A stretch of 64,000 bases of DNA from an uncultured candidatus Porisulfidus sp. (GTDB taxonomy: Bacteria > Pseudomonadota > Gammaproteobacteria > Poriferisulfidales > Poriferisulfidaceae), in assembly GCA_965116025.1 (NCBI GenBank), contig OZ220480.1:160001-224000 (forward strand). The letters run 5' to 3'. The notes under the pieces were generated by a model. That model saw only the letters and a program-made list of their open reading frames with translations, made no database searches and had not been told where the DNA came from. Positions 34,367 through 42,646 of the stretch are shown here, in pieces (position 1 is the first letter of the stretch; each line of letters starts with the position of its first letter). Made by a program: the position numbers and the translations under genes.

Positions 34367-35023
34367 TCAGGCCCGCGCGGTCGGCGGCGCGAGCCGTCGG
34401 GAGGATATCCCGGGAGCCTCGCCCCGCAAACGCTGAATCACGGAATCCAAGCCATTCTGGTTGATTTCGGGACGCAGGCTATCTTTCAGGCTCTTGATCA
34501 GGAACACCCCGTCGGCGCGAATCTCGAACACGCGCCACTCGCCCTCGGTCTCGCGCATCAGATAGGTCAGGTCGACCGGCTCCTTGCCCGACATCACGAA
34601 CTTGGTGCGAACCACTTGGTAGCTCTTGTCTGGCAGCATCTCGAACGGCAGGTAGCTCACCTTTCCATCGGCGTACTTGAGAATGATCTTCGCGTACAGC
34701 TGAAGCAACTGCCGCCTCAGAGAGACGATGAACTCGCGACGCTTCTCGAAGGACGTTTCCTGGTAGACCTTCTTGCCAAGAATAATTCGCGCGATCCGGT
34801 CGTAGTCCAGCACCCCGCCCAGCGTATCACTCACGAACCTGTACAGCGTCTCATCGTCGCGCTCGAACTCATCCATTCTCAGACGGATCTGCGACAGCAA
34901 CTCGTCGCTAACGCCGCGCAACCGGGCCTGCGGAGAGTCCGCCGCCTCAAGATTTGAGCACGGCAACAGGACGGAGAGCGCGAGCGCGCCCCCGAACAAA
35001 CGCAGCGATGCAATGCTCGTCAC
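34367..35023 (-). CDS. mlaC: MlaC/Ttg2D phospholipid-binding periplasmic protein
   Basis: Signal peptide; [33 protein letters not shown]; upstream of murA as usual. Confidence 0.8.
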   Translation of the reverse strand: MTSIASLRLFGGALALSVLLPCSNLEAADSPQARLRGVSDELLSQIRLRMDEFERDDETLYRFVSDTLGGVLDYDRIARIILGKKVYQETSFEKRREFIVSLRRQLLQLYAKIILKYADGKVSYLPFEMLPDKSYQVVRTKFVMSGKEPVDLTYLMRETEGEWRVFEIRADGVFLIKSLKDSLRPEINQNGLDSVIQRLRGEAPGISSRRLAPPTARA

Positions 35024-35079
35024 CCTACAGTCTCGCGCGGATCAAGTGAGGAATTATAGCAAGTCGGGCGTGGTCGGGA

Positions 35080-36861
35080 GTGCCATTTCTAATGCCATTG
35101 GCGCTATTGGCGGCGGGGCTTTCGGCGCTGGCGCTGCCGGCGCGGGCGGAGACGATCAACCTGTACGGGTGGCAGAACCACTCGTGGGAGTTCGTGGACA
35201 TCGACGGCGGGCGCAGCTTCGACCGCATCCAGTCGAACGCCGGGAACATCGGCTTCTCGGCCAGCGTGGACACTGGCATGAGCGACATAAAGGTGAACCT
35301 GCAGTGCGAGCAGTTCACCTACTACAACCACTTCGCCGGCGGCACCGGCTGGTGCAACCGCAACTCCAAGATCGGGCTGGCGCACCCGATGGCCGGCGAG
35401 ATCATGTTCGCCACCTGGCTGCTGCCGTACAACGAGGGCGTGGCCCAGTGGGTGGACCCGTTCTACGACGCCGGGGCCGACTCGCACACCAGCATCATGG
35501 GCTCGGTCGGGGCCAACACCATCTTCTACAACACCGGCGACTTCGACCAGCAGGCGTCGGCGTCGGGGCCGGCGACCGGCTTCTCCGGGGCGGAGTTCAA
35601 CTACGCCGGGGCCGGCTACGACACCGGCTTCAACCGGCGCCAGGAGAACATCATCCAGTACTGGTCGCCGAACTGGAACGGCTTCGTGTTCCGCTTCGCC
35701 TGGACGGCCGGCAACCGCGACGAGACGAACGCGCCGACCGGCGGCGGGAAGATCGACCCGGTGATCCGCTCGAGCAGCCTGGCGTACACGAACGGCCCGC
35801 TGTGGCTGGCGGCGACCTGGCAGGACCACGAGGACTGGACGGCGGTCTCGGTCGGGGAGATGGAGAGCTCGGACGCGGAGAGCTTCCGCCTGGCCGGGCG
35901 CTACATCATGGACCTGGGCGACGGCATGAGCGTTCAACTGTCGGCCATGTGGGAAACGCTGGAGTACGAGTTCCACGGCGTGACCACCATCGATAAGGCC
36001 ATGAAGGCGTTCGGGTATGGGAATTTCATGGATTCTTACGAGTTGAGCGTCACGGATGCGGAGATAATGAAGAAGAAGACCCAAGGGCTGGCGCTCGATA
36101 TCTTGACGGATGAGAAGGGCATGCTGATTCCTATGGGGGACACGGCGCGGGGTTTATATGGGGAGCAGGTTAAAACCACTATGAGCCTGTACACCGCATA
36201 CATGGGTGAGATAGACACCGTAACCTCCACCAGCTTGAACTTGGTCGCTGAACGCAGAACTGTGGTCGACTGGAACGACTATTACAAAGAGGCGCCTGAT
36301 AATCCTGTTAAAGTCAGCACTACCGCCATGCGAACCGGGTCCCAAAATGTCATGCTTTTCACGACCATGCTGAGCACGACTACGCTGAACGCGGCTAAAA
36401 CGGCCGCGGAGGAGGCCAAAATGAAGGATATGGATGATCGAACGGACGAGGACAAATCGAAAATCAAGTTCTATGACGATCTGGTCTCGATGGCGAAATC
36501 CCGAGCCCGCGACGAGAAGAGCATGGGCGGGAACGTGAAGATCGAGCGAGACGCCTGGATGGTGTCGGGCAAGATCAAGTTCGGCGGCCCGCTGGACTTC
36601 CGCTTCTCCTACATGGACGCCGACGACCTGGAGCTGTCATGCAACTACTGCATGGGAGACTGGGACGAGACGGCGGCGGACGCCTGGAACGTCGGGGTGT
36701 TCTACACGATGCCGGCGGGAACCGAGCTGCGGCTGACGTATTCGGAGGTCAACAACGACGACAACGGGACCTACGGGCAGGGCATCTCGGGGACCGGCTT
36801 GGGAACGCCGGGGGCGGAGATCGAGATGTTCGCGCTGGGGATCGTGCACTGGTTCGACTGA
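35080..36861 (+). CDS. Porin-like outer membrane protein, copy 1 (head type A, insert X)
   Basis: Signal peptide ..ARA|ETINLYG; Gram-negative porin features (RNSKIGL, YWSPNWNGF, C-terminal GIVHWF); 182-aa insert at 35986-36531. Start is GTG 35080 or ATG 35092, with a weak SD and no basic n-region. Confidence 0.8.
   Translation: MPFLMPLALLAAGLSALALPARAETINLYGWQNHSWEFVDIDGGRSFDRIQSNAGNIGFSASVDTGMSDIKVNLQCEQFTYYNHFAGGTGWCNRNSKIGLAHPMAGEIMFATWLLPYNEGVAQWVDPFYDAGADSHTSIMGSVGANTIFYNTGDFDQQASASGPATGFSGAEFNYAGAGYDTGFNRRQENIIQYWSPNWNGFVFRFAWTAGNRDETNAPTGGGKIDPVIRSSSLAYTNGPLWLAATWQDHEDWTAVSVGEMESSDAESFRLAGRYIMDLGDGMSVQLSAMWETLEYEFHGVTTIDKAMKAFGYGNFMDSYELSVTDAEIMKKKTQGLALDILTDEKGMLIPMGDTARGLYGEQVKTTMSLYTAYMGEIDTVTSTSLNLVAERRTVVDWNDYYKEAPDNPVKVSTTAMRTGSQNVMLFTTMLSTTTLNAAKTAAEEAKMKDMDDRTDEDKSKIKFYDDLVSMAKSRARDEKSMGGNVKIERDAWMVSGKIKFGGPLDFRFSYMDADDLELSCNYCMGDWDETAADAWNVGVFYTMPAGTELRLTYSEVNNDDNGTYGQGISGTGLGTPGAEIEMFALGIVHWFD
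35083..35100 (+). other. Shared 5' junction motif, site 1 (CCATTTCTAATGCCATTG)
   Basis: Homology among the four porin copies starts here. A role as a recombination site is inference. Confidence 0.55.
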
Positions 36862-36885
36862 CCCGTTGGGTCATCCACGACAGCG

Positions 36886-36915
36886 AGCGGGCGCCTTCGG
36901 GCGCCCGCTTTCTTT
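36886..36915 (+). terminator. Intrinsic terminator of porin copy 1
   Basis: AGCGGGCGCC-TTCG-GGCGCCCGCT followed by TTCTTT. Confidence 0.88.
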
Positions 36916-37395
36916 GAGGATCAGGATTCTCGACTTGATCCGCCGCCACGAGGCAAATCGTGATGATGGCGGATCGCGAGAGCCAGATGTAACCGCTTCG
37001 GATGGTCGCGCGGGCGCTTGGAGTGATGCCACGAAAGCTGTGCGGGGCGTTCCGGCTTCAGGCTTTCATCAAAGATCGGAAACTCGATAGTTCCAGAGAT
37101 CGATAGGCTGACCCCTGTTCGTCGCCACGCGGGAAGTCTGCTTGATCGAGGACGACGGGCCTCTCACCCTCTTTCCTCCCCGAGGCGCGCGCCGATCCAC
37201 GCCCTCCGATTTCTCACCGCGTCTCTTATATCCAAGCGATATCAAGAATTCTCAGTCCACCGCACCACCTTGTGGTGGATCGGGTCATCCCGATCCGGTC
37301 TGCCGCGAGCGGATCGCCTTCCGGGCGCGTCGGAACCAGGCCTCGCGCCGCCGGCGCTGGCCCGACTCTCGATCTGGTCGCGAAGCGCCGACCTC

Positions 37396-37425
37396 AAAGA
37401 AAGCGGGCGCCCGAAGGCGCCCGCT
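37396..37425 (-). terminator. Intrinsic terminator of porin copy 2
   Basis: Same 10-bp stem, UUCG loop and U-tract on the minus strand. Confidence 0.88.
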
Positions 37426-37449
37426 CGCTGTCGTGGATGACCCAACGGG

Positions 37450-39281
37450 TCAGTCGAACCAGTGCACGATCCCCAGCGCGAACATCTCGATCTCCGCCCC
37501 CGGCGTCCCCAGGCCGGTCCCCGAGATGCCCTGCCCGTAGGTCCCGTTGTCGTCGTTGTTGACTTCCGAATACGTCAGCCGCAACTCGGTTCCCGCCGGC
37601 ATCGTGTAGAACACCCCGACGTTCCAGGCGTCCGCCGCCGTCTCGTCCCAGTCCCCCATGCAGTAGTTGCACGACAGCTCCAGGTCGTCGGCGTCCATAT
37701 AGGAGAAGCGGAAGTCCAGCGGGCCGCCGAACTTGATCTTGCCCGACACCATCCAGGCGTCCCGCTCGATCTTCACGTTGGAGCTCATGGTTTGCTTCAG
37801 CTTGGCGTCGGCGTATTCCGTCATCTTCTTCTCGTACTCCATCACCTTCTCGTTGTGCGGCTCCAGGGCGTACTCCCTCGCCTTCGCCACGTATTCCTTG
37901 TAGAAGTCCATGTCCGTCTTGTCATCCAGATACTTCGTGGTCGATGTCTTCAACTTGTTCAGGATCGTGGTGCTCAGCTTGGTAGTCAGGGCCGCTTTGT
38001 ACGCCGTGTTCAATCCCCCAGTGGTGAACCTGTAGTAGCGATCGATCGCTGGGATGTTCTGATAATTACTCCAACTTTGATTATCGAAGTATTTTTTATA
38101 GGACCCCCCGTATCACTAGGACTTAAGTCGGTGGGCCATACGGCCAGACCGGCCATGTTGGTCCTCCATTTCCCGTTCTCGTCCGTCAGCAGCTCGACCG
38201 CGAGCCCCCCGGTCATCTGCGCCTCTATCAGCGGCTTCAGCTCCGCTTCGGTGGGCATCGTCGGCTTCGTCGGCATGTCCATGTCGGCGGGGGCCATGAC
38301 CTTCATGTCGTAGTAGGTTTTCTCGAAATGGTTGATGTTGGGATCGGTACCGCCGTACCCGAACGCCTTCATGGCCTTGTTGATGTCGGTCACGCCGTGG
38401 AACTCGTACTCCAAAGTCTCCCACATGGCCGACAGTTGAACGCTCATGCCGTCGCCCAGGTCCATGATGTAGCGCCCGGCCAGGCGGAAGCTCTCCGCGT
38501 CCGAGCTCTCCATCTCCCCGACCGAGACCGCCGTCCAGTCCTCGTGGTCCTGCCAGGTCGCCGCCAGCCACAGCGGGCCGTTCGTGTACGCCAGGCTGCT
38601 CGAGCGGATCACCGGGTCGATCTTCCCGCCGCCGGTCGGCGCCATCGTCTCGTCGCGGTTCCCGGCCGTCCAGGCGAAGCGGAACACGAAGCCGTTCCAG
38701 TTCGGCGACCAGTACTGGATGATGTTCTCCTGGCGCCGGTTGAAGCCGGTGTCGTAGCCGGCCCCGGCGTAGTTGAACTCCGCCCCGGAGAAGCCGGTCG
38801 CCGGCCCCGACGCCGACGCCTGCTGGTCGAAGTCGCCGGTGTTGTAGAAGATGGTGTTGGCTCCGACCGAGCCCATGATGCTGGTGTGCGAGTCGGCTCC
38901 GGCGTCGTAGAACGGGTCCACCCACTGGGCCACGCCCTCGTTGTACGGCAGCAGCCAGGTGGCGAACATGATCTCGCCGGCCATCGGGTGCGCCAGCCCG
39001 ATCTTGGAGTTGCGGTTGCACCAGCCGGTGCCGCCGGCGAAGTGGTTGTAGTAGGTGAACTGCTCGCACTGCAGGTTCACCTTTATGTCGCTCATGCCGG
39101 TGTCCACGCTGGCCGAGAAGCCGATGTTCCCGGCGTTCGACTGGATGCGGTCGAAGCTGCGCCCGCCGTCGATGTCCACGAACTCCCACGAGTGGTTCTG
39201 CCACCCGTACAGGTTGATCGTCTCCGCCCGCGCCGGCAGCGCCAGCGCCGAAAGCCCCGCCGCCAATAGCGCCAATGGCAT
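37450..39281 (-). pseudogene. Porin-like protein copy 2 (head A, insert Y), split by a 1-bp frameshift
   Basis: ORFs 38010-39281 and 37450-38013 are the N- and C-halves. The insert is 608 bp (not a multiple of 3). One extra base in G6 (38104-38109) or A6 (38092-38097) restores the frame. Confidence 0.85.
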
Positions 39282-39294
39282 TAGAAATGGTATC
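39273..39294 (-). other. Shared 5' junction motif, site 2 (GATACCATTTCTAATGCCATTG)
   Basis: An in-frame TGA lies just upstream, and there is no SD before ATG 39281. Confidence 0.55.
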
Positions 39295-39505
39295 GTAGGG
39301 CATCAGCAAATCGAAAAACTCTCCACGGAATATCTGGCCAAAACGTCGCTTCTCCCATATATTGTTCGGTGAAATTCCGCCTCCCAAACTCTCGATTTCC
39401 GTTCCCTAGATTCCGCATTGAATTGCGGCACCATTTCCTTTGTGGGAAAATAAGACGCTATGGGACGGGATTATCAATGTTGGCAAGGAAACCGGGAGAG
39501 GGTTG

Positions 39506-40729
39506 ATGAGAGGAACTAGAGTCCCACCGCGAATCGAGCGATTAAAGGTGCAGAACTTCCGCGCGTTGCGCGATGTGGAGCTAAACCTTACGCCGCTCAC
39601 CGTGTTACTTGGCCCAAATGGCAGTGGAAAGTCCACGATTTTTGATGTCTTCGCCTTTTTGGCAGAGTGTTTTGAGAGCGGGCTACGTCGAGCGTGGGAA
39701 AAACGTGGCAAAGCTCGGGAACTTAGGTCGCGGGGCGGAGAGGGTCCTATATTGATTGAAATCGCATATCGCGAAAAACCGCGCACACCCTTGATCACGT
39801 ATCACCTTCAAGTGGACGAGAAAAATGGCCGACCTCGCGTGGTCTGCGAATGGCTCCGATGGAAGCGGGGGCGCTACGGGCAACCGTTCAAATTTCTCGA
39901 TTACGCGGACGGAGTTGGGCAGGTCATCTCGGGTGAGATGCCTGACGCGCGGGCTGAGCGGATAGAGATCCCTTTGAGTTCTCCTGATACGCTCGCGGTT
40001 AACGCGCTTGGCCAACTGGCGGAAAATTCTCGTGTCGTCGAGCTGAGAGATTTCATCATGGGATGGCATGTGTCCTACTTGTCAGCCGAGGATACGAGAG
40101 GACAACCGGAAGCGGGGCCACAGGAACGCCTGAGCAGGACAGGAGACAATCTCGCTAACGTGATTCAATATCTGTCCGAAGAACATCCAGAACTTTTGGA
40201 GTCCATTCTTGGCAGCATCAGAGAAAGGATCCCGAAAGCCCAGAGCGTGGTGGCGGACCAGATGCCGGACGGAAGGTTGTTGCTGAAAATCAAGGATGCC
40301 CCATTCGCTGACCCCGTCATGGCGCGCTTCGCGTCCGATGGCACACTTAAAGTGCTCGCCTATCTAGTCTTGTTGCGTGATCCAACCCCTCCTCCTTTTA
40401 TTGGCATTGAGGAGCCGGAGAACTTCCTGCATCCACGCCTGCTTCACGGTTTGGCGGAAGAATGCCGAACCTCCTCCGAGGCCACACAGGTCCTCGTGAC
40501 CACCCATTCTCCTTTTTTCCTTGATGCGCTTCGTCCCATGGAAGTTCGGGTGTTGTGGCGCGACGAATTCGGTTACACGAGATGCGACCCCTTGGATGAG
40601 AACAAAAAAATTTTGGCGTTTATGGAAGCGGGCGCCCAGCTTGGAGATCTTTGGATGGAAGGACATTTCGGGGTTGGAGATCCGCTGACTTCGGAAGGAA
40701 TGGCCATGCCGGGAAGAGGCGGGAGCTGA
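39506..40729 (+). CDS. ABC-type (AAA_21-like) ATPase, putative defence/TA component
   Basis: Walker [13 protein letters not shown] signature, Walker [15 protein letters not shown]-loop; visibly lower GC. Confidence 0.88.
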   Translation: MRGTRVPPRIERLKVQNFRALRDVELNLTPLTVLLGPNGSGKSTIFDVFAFLAECFESGLRRAWEKRGKARELRSRGGEGPILIEIAYREKPRTPLITYHLQVDEKNGRPRVVCEWLRWKRGRYGQPFKFLDYADGVGQVISGEMPDARAERIEIPLSSPDTLAVNALGQLAENSRVVELRDFIMGWHVSYLSAEDTRGQPEAGPQERLSRTGDNLANVIQYLSEEHPELLESILGSIRERIPKAQSVVADQMPDGRLLLKIKDAPFADPVMARFASDGTLKVLAYLVLLRDPTPPPFIGIEEPENFLHPRLLHGLAEECRTSSEATQVLVTTHSPFFLDALRPMEVRVLWRDEFGYTRCDPLDENKKILAFMEAGAQLGDLWMEGHFGVGDPLTSEGMAMPGRGGS

Positions 40730-40730
40730 C

Positions 40731-41348
40731 ATGCCCGCGTCTCATTTGGAGTTCCTCGTGGAGGAGCGTTCCATGGAAGCGTTTCTCGTTGCTTGGCTAC
40801 CAAAGTTTCTGCCGGAGGGCTGCACTTTCAAGGTCTATGCGCACCAAGGCAAAAACGCGTTGTTGAGAAAAATCGAAGATCGACTCGGAGCATATAAGGC
40901 ATGGATGCCAAACGAATGTCGTATCGTGGTGGTAGTGGACCGCGACCGGGATGCGTGCGATGAACTCAAGCTCAAGATGGAGCGATTCTGTGAGAAAGCG
41001 GGATTGCGGTCGAGACGGGCCGCTGATGGTTCGGACTGGCAAGTGGTGACGCGGATAGCCATAGAAGAGCTTGAAGCATGGTATTTTGGGGACTGGCAGG
41101 CGGTGTTGGCCGCTTTTCCGGGTGTCGCGGAGAATATCCCAGACCGCGCGGCTTACCGGGATCCAGATGCGATTCAAGGTGGAACTTGGGAGGCATTCGA
41201 GCGGATTCTCCAGAAACATGGATATTTCGCGCAAGGACTGGCAAAAGCGCAGGCCGCTAGCGAGATTGGCCGACATATCGACCCTGTTCGCAATCGGTCC
41301 CGCAGTTTTATCGTTTTTCGCGATGCCATCGTCGATGCCACCACATGA
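40731..41348 (+). CDS. DUF4276-like (TOPRIM-like) protein
   Basis: FLVEERS (Glu), VVDRD (DxD), IEELEAWYFGD, NRSRSF; 1 bp after the ATPase. Confidence 0.8.
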   Translation: MPASHLEFLVEERSMEAFLVAWLPKFLPEGCTFKVYAHQGKNALLRKIEDRLGAYKAWMPNECRIVVVVDRDRDACDELKLKMERFCEKAGLRSRRAADGSDWQVVTRIAIEELEAWYFGDWQAVLAAFPGVAENIPDRAAYRDPDAIQGGTWEAFERILQKHGYFAQGLAKAQAASEIGRHIDPVRNRSRSFIVFRDAIVDATT

Positions 41349-41508
41349 ACATGCCATAGAAGCTATCGTGTTTCCGCAATTGAAATATCTTTGCTATGGC
41401 TATAGGAAAGCCGGTTTTCAGGACCCTCTGACCTCTGCGGTAAAATAATCGCCCAGCATGATTTTCTGGGCCCGCCGAGCCCGAAGCCGGACTTTCAGGA
41501 GACGTTAC

Positions 41509-42642
41509 TTGGCCAAACGCGCGTTGCTCGCTCTCGAAAACGGCGCGTTGTTTTTCGGAGATTCCATCGGGGCGAACGTCACCGCCATCGGGGAGGTCGT
41601 CTTCAACACCTCCATCACGGGCTACCAGGAAATCTTGACTGACCCGTCGTATTGCCGCCAACTGATCACGCTGACGCATCCGCATATCGGGAACGTCGGG
41701 GCGAATGACGAAGACAGCGAATCCGGCGCTCCGGCGCGCGCCGCTGGCCTGATCGCGCGCGATGTCCCTGCGCGCGCGAGCAACTGGCGCGCCAAGCGGT
41801 CTTTAGGGGATTTTCTTGACGAGCACGGACTGCCTGGGATCGTGGGCATCGACACGCGCCGCCTCACGCGAATCCTGCGCGACCAAGGAGCCCAGTCGGG
41901 TTGCCTCACGACCGATGTCTCCGACCCGGACCAAGCGGTCGATCAGGCCCGCGCGTTCCCGGGGCTAGCGGGAATGGATTTGGCGCGAGAAGTCTCCACG
42001 AAGGAGTCGTACGAGTGGGACGAGGGACCTTGGGGGGCAATGCCAGACGAGCTGCCGCCCGCGCGATATCGAGTTGTGGCTTACGACTACGGGATCAAGC
42101 GAAACATTCTCCGCCTCCTGCGCGCGCGCGGATGCGCGGTCACGGTCGTGCCGGCCAAGACCCCGGCATCCGAGGTGCTGAGCCGGGATCCAGATGGAGT
42201 TTTTCTATCCAACGGACCTGGAGATCCAGATCCATGCACGTACGCCCGGGACACGATCCGAGAATTGATCCAGACCCGGACTCCGATGTTCGGCATCTGC
42301 CTTGGTTGCCAGTTGCTCGGCTTGGCCAACGGAGCGCGCACGGTCAAGATGAAGACCGGGCATCACGGAGCCAACCACCCAGTTCTCGAGATGGACACGG
42401 GCCGGGTTCTGATCAGTAGTCAGAACCATGGTTTCGCGATTGAGGAAGAGTCTCTTCCAGAATGCCTGCGCTTGACCCACCGCTCGCTTTTCGACGGCAC
42501 CGTGCAAGGCATCCGGCATGTCGAGGCCCCAGCGTTCGCTTTCCAAGGACACCCGGAAGCGAGCCCCGGGCCACGCGACTTGGCTGGCTTGTTCGATCAG
42601 TTCATCGACCTGATGCGGCATCGCCCCGGACGACTTGGTTAA
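41509..42642 (+). CDS. carA: Carbamoyl-phosphate synthase small subunit
   Basis: [44 protein letters not shown] start after CAGGAG. Confidence 0.98.
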   Translation: MAKRALLALENGALFFGDSIGANVTAIGEVVFNTSITGYQEILTDPSYCRQLITLTHPHIGNVGANDEDSESGAPARAAGLIARDVPARASNWRAKRSLGDFLDEHGLPGIVGIDTRRLTRILRDQGAQSGCLTTDVSDPDQAVDQARAFPGLAGMDLAREVSTKESYEWDEGPWGAMPDELPPARYRVVAYDYGIKRNILRLLRARGCAVTVVPAKTPASEVLSRDPDGVFLSNGPGDPDPCTYARDTIRELIQTRTPMFGICLGCQLLGLANGARTVKMKTGHHGANHPVLEMDTGRVLISSQNHGFAIEEESLPECLRLTHRSLFDGTVQGIRHVEAPAFAFQGHPEASPGPRDLAGLFDQFIDLMRHRPGRLG

Positions 42643-42646
42643 CGCC

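Larger units (their letters stand above)
35083..39290. repeat. Long inverted repeat pair 1: 35083-35985 with 38388-39290, and 36532-36919 with 37392-37779
   Basis: Direct comparison of copy 1 with the reverse complement of copy 2; near-identical including about 58 bp past the stop. Confidence 0.95.

Noticed and set aside
36637-36654. CNYC in the porins as a heme c site
   Set aside because: The motif is CxxCM, not CxxCH; more likely a loop disulfide.
39273-39300. Resemblance of site 2 to a dif/Xer site (CAATGGCATTA GAAATG GTATCGTAGGG) or an integron core
   Set aside because: Only about half of each arm matches, the XerD-like arm is not kept at the other three sites, and there is no GTTRRRY/attC structure or integrase.
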